A stretch of 64,000 nt of DNA from NCBI GenBank assembly GCA_900314565.1, contig OMVU01000006.1:66074-130073 (forward strand). Direction: 5' to 3'. Numbering within the stretch: position 1 is the stretch's first letter; the number at the start of each line of letters is the position of its first letter. Both the position numbers and the translations under genes were made by a program. Positions 43,294 through 53,332 of the stretch are shown here, in pieces. The notes beneath the pieces were generated by a model. That model was given only the letters and a program-made list of their open reading frames with translations, was not told where the DNA came from and searched no databases. Source of the stretch: an uncultured Eubacteriales bacterium. GTDB lineage: Bacteria; Bacillota; Clostridia; Lachnospirales; Lachnospiraceae.

Positions 43294-43473
43294 GTCCGGA
43301 GACCTGTCCGGAAAATTGTCCGGAGACCTGATCGGAGACTTGATCAGAGACCTGTCCGGAAAATTGTCTGGAGACCTATCCGGAAAATTGTCCGGAGACC
43401 TGATCGGAGACTTGATCAGAGACCTGTCCGGAAAATTGCCCGGCGACCTGTATGGAAAACTGTCTGGAGAGAC
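43294..43473 (+). repeat. 12-bp tandem repeat x15 with a 72-bp higher-order period
   Basis: GTCCGGAGACCT / GTCCGGAAAATT / GATCGGAGACTT units. Confidence 0.9.
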
Positions 43474-43477
43474 GCCT

Positions 43478-46036
43478 ATGGATGCAATCAGTCAAATGAA
43501 AACCTTCTGGCCGGACTGGACCGTCGAAAAGGAAATCGGCGCCGGTGCGTACGGTCATGTTTATAAAGTCAGCCGAAGAGTCGGAGCGAAAACATTCTAT
43601 TCCGCTGTCAAGGTGATCAGGATCCCGCAGAGCGACAGCGAGGTCAAGGCGATCATGGCGGAGGACGGAAGCCACTCGGCGACGAAGGCTCACTTCAGGG
43701 AGCTTGTCGAAGACTGCAAGCGTGAGATCACGATGATGATGGATCTTCGTGGAACAGCCAACGTCGTGGAGGTCGAAGATTTCAAGGTCATCGAGCAGAA
43801 AGACGAGATCCGCTGGGACATCTTCATCCGCATGGAATATCTGACCTGCCTGACGGATGTGATCACGGAGCGCAGGCTCACTGAGAAGGAGGCTGCGAAG
43901 GTCGGCATTGACATCTGCAGCGCGTTGGAACTCTGTGAGGACAATCACATCATTCACAGAGATATCAAGCCGGGTAACATCTTTGTCTCACGATTCGGAA
44001 CATATAAGCTCGGAGATTTCGGAATCGCAAAGCAGCTTGAACGTGGAGCCGGCACGCTCTCCTCACGGGGAACCTACGATTACATGGCGCCGGAAATGTT
44101 CCGCGGCCAGCGCTATGACGCCTCCGTTGACATTTATGCGCTCGGAATCGTGCTCTACAAGCTTCTGAACCGCAACCGCGCGCCGTTCCTGGATCCGAAA
44201 GCGGAGCGCATTTCCTCAAAGGACCGGGAAGATGCACTCGGGAAGAGAATTAACGGCGAAAGTCTGCCTGCCCCCTGTGACGCGTCGGTTTCCATGTCGA
44301 GGGTCATTCTGAAAGCCTGCCGCGCAAAAGCGGCGGATCGCTTCCGCTCGCCCGGGGAAATGAAAGCCCAGCTCGAGAATGTCTTAAATGAAAAGCCGGT
44401 CGTCATAGCACCGGACAGTGTGTATGCCGGAGAAGATGCCGGCCGCACGGATGCCGCGGCAGGACTGTACGTCAGTCAGACAGACGGATATGGCACAAGC
44501 CGGTATGGCCAGGGCACAGGCCAATCCATTCAGGGAACGAGCCGGTACGGCCAGGGCATGGGTCAGTATACACAGGGAACAAGTCAGTCCAGTCAGGGAA
44601 GTGGCCGGTACGGTCAGAGTACGGGTCGGCATACGAAAGGCACAAGCCAGTATGGCCAGGGCACAGGCCAGTATGGCCAGGGCGCAAGTCAATATGATCA
44701 GGGCACAGGCCCGTATACCGAGCAGCTGGCTGATGGCACGATGGGCACGGTCAAAGATCAGGGAAGATATTCCGACGGCAGCGGTCCGGATATATCCTAT
44801 TACGGACGCGGGTCGATTCCGGTCCCGCCTCCGGAAGATACTGTCCCGAACAGATCTGACACTGAAAGGCAGGGAAGCGGATCAGGAGGATCAGGAGGAT
44901 CGGGAGAATCAGGAAAATCGGGAGGATCGGGAGGATCCCGCCGCGGCTTCCCGGTCGCTGCGCTTCTGGCAGGCGTGTTTTTTACGATAGCACTGGCACT
45001 CTTTATCGTATTTGTTGTTCCGATCATGAAAGGAGAGGATGATTCGAAGGCAGAGACTGCCAAAGTGGAGAGCACTGCCGAGGGCACGACCGGGGCGGGA
45101 AAAAGCGTGTCGACTGTGACGGCAGAACCGACCCCGACGGCGTCGACGGCAACGCCGACGAGCACGCCGACCCCGACAGCAGCTACGACAACGCCGACGA
45201 GCACGCCGACTCCGACAGCCGCTCCGACATCGACTCCCACGCCCGTCCCGACGTCAGCGCCGGTGGAGGATGCCCGCGTCATCGACCAGTCTGCGGCCGC
45301 GCCGAGCGGATCGCAGCATTCTGTTGACAATGTTGTCTACATCGCCGACGTCTATGAATATCTGACGCTCCGCGAGGCACCGTCTACGATGGCAAAGGCG
45401 ATCTGCCTTCTGCCGCCGTATACGGAGATGTACATTACAGAATTTACCAATGACACGATGGTCCGCGTCATTACTCTGGGAGATCAGTACGCCGGGTATG
45501 TGAACAGGAACTATATCGTTCCGAAGGGATCTTCGACACAGAGAGCAGGGCGTTCACAGTCTTCACAGCCATCGTCCGGCGCCACGATTTATTATGCCGA
45601 TGTCTATGATTATCTTACGCTCCGAAACGATGCGAGCACGAGCGCCGGAGAGATCGACCGGCTGCTTCCTTTCACGGCTATGTATGTACACGACTGGGCG
45701 AACGGAATGGCCTACGTCACTGTCGTCGACACAGGGCAGCAGGGCTGGGTCAACGCAAGTTACATCACGGACGACCCGAACAACACCGTGAGGGCCGGAA
45801 AATCGCAGTCTTCCTCCGCGACAGGGCACGGCTTCTCCGTCGGGAACTACTGCTTTGCGGATGTCAACGAATACCTCACGCTCCGCGATGCTCCGTCGAC
45901 TTCGGCCGGGGAGATCGCTCGCCTGCCGGATGACACGATGATGGTCATTCTGGAGCTTACAAATGACACGATGATGAAGGTGCAGGTCGTCTCGACCGGC
46001 CAGATAGGCTATGTGAACCGGAATTATGTGAAGTGA
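43478..46036 (+). CDS. Ser/Thr kinase with low-complexity linker, TM, Thr/Pro stalk and three SH3b-like domains
   Basis: IGAGAYG, AVK, HRDIKPGN, DFG and GTYDYMAPE; three ADV.(E/D)YLTLR..(P/A)ST repeats. Start 43478 after GGAGAG; the ORF is open from 43292. Confidence 0.9.
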   Translation: MDAISQMKTFWPDWTVEKEIGAGAYGHVYKVSRRVGAKTFYSAVKVIRIPQSDSEVKAIMAEDGSHSATKAHFRELVEDCKREITMMMDLRGTANVVEVEDFKVIEQKDEIRWDIFIRMEYLTCLTDVITERRLTEKEAAKVGIDICSALELCEDNHIIHRDIKPGNIFVSRFGTYKLGDFGIAKQLERGAGTLSSRGTYDYMAPEMFRGQRYDASVDIYALGIVLYKLLNRNRAPFLDPKAERISSKDREDALGKRINGESLPAPCDASVSMSRVILKACRAKAADRFRSPGEMKAQLENVLNEKPVVIAPDSVYAGEDAGRTDAAAGLYVSQTDGYGTSRYGQGTGQSIQGTSRYGQGMGQYTQGTSQSSQGSGRYGQSTGRHTKGTSQYGQGTGQYGQGASQYDQGTGPYTEQLADGTMGTVKDQGRYSDGSGPDISYYGRGSIPVPPPEDTVPNRSDTERQGSGSGGSGGSGESGKSGGSGGSRRGFPVAALLAGVFFTIALALFIVFVVPIMKGEDDSKAETAKVESTAEGTTGAGKSVSTVTAEPTPTASTATPTSTPTPTAATTTPTSTPTPTAAPTSTPTPVPTSAPVEDARVIDQSAAAPSGSQHSVDNVVYIADVYEYLTLREAPSTMAKAICLLPPYTEMYITEFTNDTMVRVITLGDQYAGYVNRNYIVPKGSSTQRAGRSQSSQPSSGATIYYADVYDYLTLRNDASTSAGEIDRLLPFTAMYVHDWANGMAYVTVVDTGQQGWVNASYITDDPNNTVRAGKSQSSSATGHGFSVGNYCFADVNEYLTLRDAPSTSAGEIARLPDDTMMVILELTNDTMMKVQVVSTGQIGYVNRNYVK

Positions 46037-46167
46037 GAGAAGCCGGAGGACTATCGGCACAAAAGAGAACTGCTATTTTGGAATTCAAGAACGCCGAGGC
46101 GTTCTTGAATGTTTACGATCATACCGGTAATTACAGTGCCTGAAGAATTTCGTTAATAAAGTATTCG

Positions 46168-46203
46168 AAAAAAGACCATCCGGATCAGTCCGAATGGTCT
46201 TTC
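46168..46203. terminator. Bidirectional terminator between the kinase gene and galT
   Basis: AAAAAAGACCAT.CGGA...TCCGAATGGTCTTT. Confidence 0.65.
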
Positions 46204-46265
46204 AATCATAAAAAAGGTACTTCGTATTTACGCACAGCGCGGTGAGAATGCCGAGGCTTTCGGAT

Positions 46266-47810
46266 TTACTGTGCGTTCACCGTCACTATGAACTTATCAA
46301 AGCCGGCTTTTCCTTCTTCCGTCTCCTTATAGACACCGCAGTGCTCAAGGACCTTTGCGAACACAAAGCCGATCTCGTCTTCGATGATCTTCTCGAGTGC
46401 TTTATCAGCCTCGGGCGTGTTCTTTACATTTTCCGGAGCGAATTCCGGATACTTTTCGAGGATCTCCGAGACCCATGCTGCGTGGGAGGCAAGAGACTCG
46501 ATCTCTGCGATCTCTTTCCCTTCCAGTACAGCTTTCCGGAGTGCTTCCATTTCCTGGAGCAGACGGGCCGGCAGGACCGCAAGGCCCATGACCTCGATGA
46601 GGCCGATATTTTCTTTCTTGATGTGATGCAGCTCCGCATGCGGGTGAAAAACGCCCAGCGGGTGCTCTTCGGTGGTCAGATTGTTGCGGAGGACCAGGTC
46701 GAGCTCGAAGTCGCTGCCGTTCATTCGCGCAATCGGAGTGATTGTGTTGTGCGGAGTGCCTTCCGTCTCGGCAAAGATTCCGCAGCTGCTGTCACTGTAG
46801 CCTCTCCAGACGTCAAGGATCTTTCCGGCGAGGGCTGCGATGCGTTCCGGATCCTTTCCGTCGAGGCGGATGACCGACATCGGCCAGTCCACAATACCTG
46901 CTTTGATGTCTTCGAACCCGTCAAATGCAATGCTTTCCCGGATCTTTGCCTTCGCCATCGCGAATGTGTAATTTCCGCCCTGGAAATGCTCATGCGTCAG
47001 GATCGAACCGCCGACGATCGGAAGATCCGCATTGGAGCCGACCGTATAATGCGGGAAGAGGGTGACGAACTCGAGAAGCCTCTTAAATGTATGAATGTCG
47101 ATCTTCATCGGGATGTGCTCTCCCGAGAGGACGATGCAGTGCTCATTGTAGTAGACGTACGGGGAGTACTGCATGAACCAGTCTTCTCCGTCGAGAGTGA
47201 GCGGGATCAGGCGGATCGTCTGGCGTGCGGGGTGGTCGAGACGGCCGGCGTAGCCGACATTTTCCGGGCAGAGCAGGCAGCGCGGATATGCATTCTGCTT
47301 CTTCGTGAGCGCAGCTGCGATCGCCCGCGGATCCTTCTCGGGCTTCGAGAGGTTGATCGTGATGTCGAGTTCACCGTAGCGCGTCTTTGTGACCCATTTT
47401 CTGTCTTTCTTTATGCGGTATGTGCGGATATAGTCGGAATCGCGGCTTACTTTATAGAAATAATCGGTCGCCTGCTTCGGGCTTTCCTGATAGAGCGCCT
47501 TGAAAGTGCGTACAACTTCGGAGGGACGGGGTGTCAGGCAGCCCATGAGCTTCGTATCGAAGAGGTCGCGGCTTGCGATGCCGTCCTCGATGTGTCCGCG
47601 AGCGACTGCGTCGTCGAGGAGTGCGGCGAGAATATCCTCAAGAGGAAGGTCCTTACCACCGAACGGTGTAAATTCTGAATCCGGCTCGATGCCGAGAACG
47701 TCGAAGAGCATGTTCGCCGTGAAAACGGCATCATCCTTTTCGATGAGTTCTGTGCGAAGGCCGTAAGCGACCAGAGAGCGGACGGCTTGGATCGGGGTGA
47801 GAGCTGACAT
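46266..47810 (-). CDS. galT: Galactose-1-phosphate uridylyltransferase (Firmicute type II)
   Basis: LSKPEKDP, YP.CLLC.EN.GY.G, QYSPY.YYNEH, ADLPIVGGSIL.H.HFQGG and IKKENIGLIEVMGLA.LP.RL. Confidence 0.95.
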   Translation of the reverse strand: MSALTPIQAVRSLVAYGLRTELIEKDDAVFTANMLFDVLGIEPDSEFTPFGGKDLPLEDILAALLDDAVARGHIEDGIASRDLFDTKLMGCLTPRPSEVVRTFKALYQESPKQATDYFYKVSRDSDYIRTYRIKKDRKWVTKTRYGELDITINLSKPEKDPRAIAAALTKKQNAYPRCLLCPENVGYAGRLDHPARQTIRLIPLTLDGEDWFMQYSPYVYYNEHCIVLSGEHIPMKIDIHTFKRLLEFVTLFPHYTVGSNADLPIVGGSILTHEHFQGGNYTFAMAKAKIRESIAFDGFEDIKAGIVDWPMSVIRLDGKDPERIAALAGKILDVWRGYSDSSCGIFAETEGTPHNTITPIARMNGSDFELDLVLRNNLTTEEHPLGVFHPHAELHHIKKENIGLIEVMGLAVLPARLLQEMEALRKAVLEGKEIAEIESLASHAAWVSEILEKYPEFAPENVKNTPEADKALEKIIEDEIGFVFAKVLEHCGVYKETEEGKAGFDKFIVTVNAQ

Positions 47811-48378
47811 AATGAAGACCTCCTTCTGGTTTGATAACACTGTTTGCTTTAATGATCAGGATTCTGGTTTGATAACACTGTTTGCCTTAATGATCCGGAG
47901 ACTGAAACAGTCCTCAGGGCCGGCGCGGATATCCGGCATGCGGTGCTTTGAGTCCTTGCGTTTCCTGTGCTTTTATCATGACAAAAAGAGGTATTTCTTT
48001 CAATGGATTTCCGTGCCCTCTATATGTAAAAATGTTGCTGTTAACGATTGGGGAGGATCGGAAGCCGAAAGGAACAGAGGATTGATCGGCATCCCGGGGA
48101 GCTCTCATTTTACAGTTTCCGGCATGTGGCCGCTCTGTTATAATGAATCATAGCGTGAGCCGGAAAAACAGTAATTTGCGCGCCAGCAATGAGCCATGCA
48201 CGGACAGATCGGCGGATGCCCGTCGGGAGCTTGCTCACGGAAGGGCATATGACGATCTGTACGTATACGGCGAATGCCGCGACAGTGAGCAGCTGAAAGC
48301 TGCGAACCTGTCGGCAGGGCTCATAGCGAACAGCCCCGCTCAGATAAACTGTAATTTAACTCGGAGGCTGCAGCATTT

Positions 48379-50238
48379 ATGAAAAAGCGTTCTGCCGTAA
48401 TCGCAATCCCGGCAATCATATCTGCCGTGATCCTTGCTGTGATTTTGATCTTCATTTCCTATGCACGGGGTCCGGGGCGTGAGGCCGCCGGGAAAGCTTC
48501 GTCCGATACGCAGTCTCAGGCACATGCTGCAGAAGAATCTGTGGAAGAACAGGAGACCAGGACCGTGCGAATCATCGCGACCAGCGACCTGCACGGAAAG
48601 TTCTGTCCCTGGGACTACGCGCTGAATGCGGAAAGCACCTCCGGCAGTATGGCGCAGCTGGCCACGGCGATTGCAAAATATCGAACAGAAGATACCATTT
48701 TGGTTGACGCAGGAGACACGATCCAGGCGAATTCAGCGGAAATATTTCTCGGCAGTGAGGACGTTCACCCGATGATCCTGGCCATGAACGCACTGAAGTA
48801 TGATGTATGGGTAACAGGCAACCATGAATATAACTTCGGGATCGATACGATCAAAAAGACCATTGCCGATCTGAACTGCAAAGCCCTGACCGGAAATGTG
48901 TATGACAGAGACGGGAATCCCATTGCGGACGGGTATACCATTCTGGAGCAGAACGGTGTGCGCATAGCCGTGATCGGCATGGTGACTCCGAATATTGCCC
49001 GCTGGGATGCCTCGAACCTTCAGGGCTGCAGTGTGACCGATCCGCTTGAGGAAACGCGCAAAATTATCGAAAGTATCAGAGGAAAATACGACGTCCTGGT
49101 GGGTGTTTTCCATATGGGCATTGAAAATGAATATGGTCTGGCGAACTCCGGAGTACGAGATGTTCTGACCAAATGCCCGGAATTTGATGTGATGGTATCC
49201 TCCCATGAGCATACCCTGATTCCCTCCATGGATATCAACGGTGTGCTGGTGGTGCAGAACAAATTTCAGGCCCAGACCATGTCCGTGATTGACCTGACTC
49301 TGGAAAAAGACAGCAGAAATGTGAAGTCGGCTGATACGGACAGGAGCAGTGAAGGCTGGAAATTGACTTCAAAGTCCGCAGAAAGTGTCACGGTTGCTGA
49401 CTATGAAGCGGATCCTGCAATGATGGAGCTTCTGGCTAAGTATGACGCACGGGCCAGAGAAGATGCAGAAGAAGTGATCGGACGTCTGGAAGGCGGTTCT
49501 CTGGTTCCGGAAGGTACGGAGAGTGAGGATGCTGAGCGTGGAAGTTCTGACAGTAATAATCCTGAAAATGGGAGCGAGCCGATTCCCGCTGCCCTGACGC
49601 AGGATACCGCACTGATCGATCTGATCAATATTGTGCAGATGCACTATACCGGTGCGGCAGTTTCCGCGTCTGCGCTTTCCGGGGAGGGCACGAACCTGAA
49701 ACCGGGCGACATCCGGAAATGCGATACGGCTCAGATCTACAAATTCTCCAACACGTTGTATAAGCTGCATATGAACGGTGCACAGCTCAAAAAGTATATG
49801 GAGTGGTCGACCGGATACTTCAAGACGGCTGAGCCCGGAGATACAGCTGTTTCGATCAATGAGGACTTTCCGACCTATAATTACTACATGTTTGCCGGAG
49901 TCAATTACGATGTGAACCTTTCCCGCGAACAGGGCAGCCGGATTGAAAATCTGACCTGGCCGGACGGGACCCCGGTCAGAGATGAGGATGAATTTGACAT
50001 TGCAGTGAATAATTACTGCGCGAATTCCCAGCTGCTTGTGCCGGGTGTCATTTATGAAGACGGCGAGCAGCTTCCTGTCCTTATGGAGATGGATGTTCAT
50101 GGAGAAATCGGCGGCATACGAGAGCTGATCCTGGACTATATCCGGAATGTGAAGGGCGGCGTGATTCATCCTGAATGCGATCAGAACTGGAAAATTGTGC
50201 ATACCTCCGAGCGGGATGCAAATGACAACGCTCGGTAA
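48379..50238 (+). CDS. Secreted bifunctional 5'-nucleotidase / 2',3'-cyclic-nucleotide phosphodiesterase (CpdB/UshA family)
   Basis: TSDLHG, DAGD, GNHE, HMG and SHEH metallophosphoesterase motifs plus a C-terminal 5'-NT domain; N-terminal anchor. Confidence 0.9.
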   Translation: MKKRSAVIAIPAIISAVILAVILIFISYARGPGREAAGKASSDTQSQAHAAEESVEEQETRTVRIIATSDLHGKFCPWDYALNAESTSGSMAQLATAIAKYRTEDTILVDAGDTIQANSAEIFLGSEDVHPMILAMNALKYDVWVTGNHEYNFGIDTIKKTIADLNCKALTGNVYDRDGNPIADGYTILEQNGVRIAVIGMVTPNIARWDASNLQGCSVTDPLEETRKIIESIRGKYDVLVGVFHMGIENEYGLANSGVRDVLTKCPEFDVMVSSHEHTLIPSMDINGVLVVQNKFQAQTMSVIDLTLEKDSRNVKSADTDRSSEGWKLTSKSAESVTVADYEADPAMMELLAKYDARAREDAEEVIGRLEGGSLVPEGTESEDAERGSSDSNNPENGSEPIPAALTQDTALIDLINIVQMHYTGAAVSASALSGEGTNLKPGDIRKCDTAQIYKFSNTLYKLHMNGAQLKKYMEWSTGYFKTAEPGDTAVSINEDFPTYNYYMFAGVNYDVNLSREQGSRIENLTWPDGTPVRDEDEFDIAVNNYCANSQLLVPGVIYEDGEQLPVLMEMDVHGEIGGIRELILDYIRNVKGGVIHPECDQNWKIVHTSERDANDNAR

Positions 50239-50262
50239 TCAGACATTTATCCTCTGAGATTA

Positions 50263-50342
50263 AAGAACGCCTCAGCGTTCTTGCCGCGCCGCGCAGGGTG
50301 CGAAGCACCTTCTTTTTTGCGCGGCTGCGATCCGCCGGAGGC
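50263..50342 (+). repeat. Repeat family D copy
   Basis: Nearly identical to 37186-37265. Confidence 0.9.
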
Positions 50343-50352
50343 TGATTTTCCA

Positions 50353-51099
50353 TCAGATGTTTCCCTTCAGGAAATCCTTTGTGAGGCCAAAAAACTCCCT
50401 GAGCATGTTGTTGGGATAATACAGGGGATTCGAAGGAGCGGCGACGGCCCAGACATTGGTCAGCCCCTGCTTACGTGCCAGCGCAAGCCCGCGCGTGACA
50501 TGGAAATCATTGGTGACGATCGCCGCGGAAGCGTCCGGAGAGGACATGAGGGCTTTGCTGTATCGGATATTTTCGACAGTATTGGAGGCCTGATCCTCAA
50601 CAACAATACGATCGGCGGGAATCCCGGCTTTGACAAGATAATCCTTCATTCCCTGTCCTTCCGGGAAGGGCTCGTTGGGTCCCTGTCCGCCGGTCACGAT
50701 GCAGACTGTGGAATTGTTTTCCTTCAAGTACTGTGCGGCAGCGTCAAGGCGGTATTTGAGAACGACACTGGGGCCGTCCTCGCGGACCTGAGCGCCCAGG
50801 ACAATCAGGTAGTCAAGGTTTGCCGGAGCGCGGCTGCCGAAACCCCGCAGGACAAAGCCTTCGCAGACGGCGATCATAAGGGCACCTGCGCAGATCACTA
50901 TGAGAAGGATAGTGCGCAGCATTTTCGGGATTTTTTCAATAGAATGGCTGTGAATCAGGAATGCGAGGATCAGGAAGAAGGCGGCAAGGGCAAACCATAC
51001 GGCATAAAAGGCCGTGCCGCTGTGGATCAGGAGAATCATTATTCCGTAAAGCGTACACAGAACGCCGATGATCATGAACAGGATGACGGAAATTGACAT
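50353..51099 (-). CDS. YdcF/SanA (DUF218) membrane protein
   Basis: IVLGAQV, RLDAA, TGGQG..E..E, NT.ENI and VTNDFHV.R motifs; N-terminal TMs. Confidence 0.88.
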   Translation of the reverse strand: MSISVILFMIIGVLCTLYGIMILLIHSGTAFYAVWFALAAFFLILAFLIHSHSIEKIPKMLRTILLIVICAGALMIAVCEGFVLRGFGSRAPANLDYLIVLGAQVREDGPSVVLKYRLDAAAQYLKENNSTVCIVTGGQGPNEPFPEGQGMKDYLVKAGIPADRIVVEDQASNTVENIRYSKALMSSPDASAAIVTNDFHVTRGLALARKQGLTNVWAVAAPSNPLYYPNNMLREFFGLTKDFLKGNI

Positions 51100-51376
51100 T
51101 GGATTTTCCTCCGGAAAGAAATCTCATCTCCGGCGCAGATTTCCCGTGATTTTACCGGTGAGATAAATGCGCACAGTGATATCAAAGAGTATGCACCAAA
51201 CGGGCGGTATTTTTCAAGTGCCCAGTCAGGAATGTCCGGGCGTTCCTGCCACTTCATGGGAGTGTATGGGAACGTAGAGGTCTCCATGACCTGTGGCGCG
51301 GCTCTTCCTGCGTCATGCGGAGTGCACAGCGCGTCATGAACATGGAGTATAAGCGGAATGCGAACAGCACCGCTCA

Positions 51377-51560
51377 ATATATCTCAGTGTGAGATGCCCC
51401 CGCCTCTATAGACGGGGCAACAAACCAGTCTCAGTGGCGGGTGTCAATCCCCCACTGAGATATACGCTACGCGAGGATGCGCAGGGATTCGTTTCGGTAT
51501 TAAGTCAGCTGACGCTGACACGAATCCCGCGCCAAGTCTCGCGAGCGAGACTTGAAAAAA
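51377..51560 (+). repeat. Repeat family A copy 2
   Basis: Near-identical to 29605-29790. Confidence 0.9.
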
Positions 51561-51578
51561 ATTATGGAGGTATTTGAC

Positions 51579-51773
51579 ATGGTAAAGAAAGAAAACAGAT
51601 TCGAAGTAGTTTATAAAGACGGAGCTCAGCTGAAAGATGACGGTGTGCGTCAGATCATTGTTGATACAGAGACCGGAGTGAACTACCTTGTATGGAAGGC
51701 AGGATACGCGGGTGGGATTACTCCCCTGCTTGATTCAGAAGGGAAAGTAATAGTCACAGAACGTAAGCGATAA
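51579..51773 (+). CDS. DUF6440-like small protein
   Basis: GGAGG RBS; IIVDTETGVNYL......GGITPLLD..GK signature recalled for DUF6440. Confidence 0.75.
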   Translation: MVKKENRFEVVYKDGAQLKDDGVRQIIVDTETGVNYLVWKAGYAGGITPLLDSEGKVIVTERKR

Positions 51774-51873
51774 CTTTTCGTTGAGAAAAATCGTTTTGTC
51801 ACAGTCCGGGCAGGAGAAATTACCGGAAATGTAATGACTCTCAAAAACTGTCCGATGAGGAGGAATGATCATT

Positions 51874-52386
51874 ATGAAAAAGAGAAAGATCAGCATTACC
51901 GAATGCGCAGATACAATTACAGAGTCTCTGAAAAAAGGCGTGTTCCTCACGACAAAAGCCGGTGACAAGGTAAATTCCATGGTCATAGGATGGGGGCACA
52001 TCGGCAGGATCTGGGAGCGGCCTGTCTTTATAACATATGTCCGGGACTGCCGCTATACATATGAAATGCTCGAAAAAAATCCGGAATTTACGGTCAATGT
52101 TCCGATCAGCAAACCGGACAGGAACGCCTTCATGATATGCGGTACGAAGAGCGGTAGGGAAATGGATAAGATTGCGGAGGCCGGACTGACTTTGGAAGAT
52201 CCGGAAGTGATCACGGTACCGGGCATCCGCGAGTTCCCGCGCACACTCGAATGCCGGGTGATTTACACGGAAATGCAGGATGCGTCCAAACTGCCGGAAG
52301 ATATCCGTAAGCAGTTCTACTCGATCGAAACATCAGAGCATACGGCTTTTTACGGTGAGATCGTGGCAGCCTATGTCATAGAATAA
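51874..52386 (+). CDS. Flavin reductase-like (split-barrel) protein
   Basis: NSMVIGWG.IG..W..P, YVR..RYT, FTVN and CGT.SGR..DK motifs; GAGGAGG RBS. Confidence 0.85.
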   Translation: MKKRKISITECADTITESLKKGVFLTTKAGDKVNSMVIGWGHIGRIWERPVFITYVRDCRYTYEMLEKNPEFTVNVPISKPDRNAFMICGTKSGREMDKIAEAGLTLEDPEVITVPGIREFPRTLECRVIYTEMQDASKLPEDIRKQFYSIETSEHTAFYGEIVAAYVIE

Positions 52387-52393
52387 TTAACTG

Positions 52394-52571
52394 AAACTTA
52401 CCACGCGCATTAACGTGACTGCGACCGGGAATAAATAATTTCCAAAGTCGGGCGTCCGAGCACGGCCGGTACTTCTTTTAATGCCGAAGGCTGCAAAAGA
52501 AAGTTAGTACCGCTGCCAGTGCGAGCGAGCGGGAGCGTCCCGACGTGGAAATATTTATTCCGGGAGCCTCA
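52394..52571 (+). repeat. Repeat family B, full-length long-hairpin copy
   Basis: GGGAATAAATAATTTCCA pairs with TGGAAATATTTATTCC; nested GTCGGG/CCCGAC, CGGTAC/GTACCG and TTCTTT/AAAGAA. Confidence 0.85.
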
Positions 52572-52633
52572 TCATCTGTACCGTCAGAGTGAATCGAAGG
52601 AAAGACACTTAACGTTATAAGGAGGAAATGAAC

Positions 52634-53134
52634 ATGAAGAAGCATGTATGGCTGACAGTCATGACAGCATTGATTCTTATGTTTGGATGTATCGGGGTCG
52701 TTCACGCGGAAGTAAAACAGCCATTAGGACCGGGACAGCAGATCGGTTATCCGGCCGTGGTACTTTGTGAATCACTCACATTGCGGGAGAAGCCGGACTC
52801 GTCTTCCAAAGCGGTGCAGACCCTGAAATACGGAGAGCAGGTCATTGTAGTGAACGCAGATACGAAACAGGGGGCAAAAAAAGAGAACGGATTTGTCTAC
52901 TGCTGTCTGAATGATTCGGAAGATTCGCCCGTCGGCTGGGTACTCGCAGACTACATCGTCGTTAACCCGGCCTGGTATGTGACTGAAAAGAAAACGACGG
53001 TATACGCCTGGAACGATACCGCTGCGCTCAAGGTCGCTCTGCTTGACAAAGGCACCAAACTTCCTATCCTGAAAGAAGAGGGTGACTGGTACCTCGTCAG
53101 CCTGCGCGGCGCGGCAGGATGGATTCATAAGTGA
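52634..53134 (+). CDS. Secreted protein with SH3b-like domains
   Basis: Signal peptide; LTLREKPD.SSK.V..L.YG, GWV and WY.V.....GWI. Confidence 0.75.
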   Translation: MKKHVWLTVMTALILMFGCIGVVHAEVKQPLGPGQQIGYPAVVLCESLTLREKPDSSSKAVQTLKYGEQVIVVNADTKQGAKKENGFVYCCLNDSEDSPVGWVLADYIVVNPAWYVTEKKTTVYAWNDTAALKVALLDKGTKLPILKEEGDWYLVSLRGAAGWIHK

Positions 53135-53332
53135 TGCCTGGAAAAGTGCCTGCCAAAGACCGTGCATAAGCAGGTATTAACGGGAATCATATGTATCTGC
53201 GATGTACAGTCAAAGTTCATGCGCTTATCGCTGCAATGGCGGTGGGCGCATTTTTTGTATGTGGTATAATGGAGTGAAAGTGTGAATCGTGATATGTGAG
53301 TACAGCTGTGAAAGAGAGGAGGAGCGGATCCG

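Noticed and set aside
52394-52571. Integron attC site (also considered for 16332-16426)
   Set aside because: No correctly placed RYYYAAC/GTTRRRY pair at the hairpin ends and no integrase.
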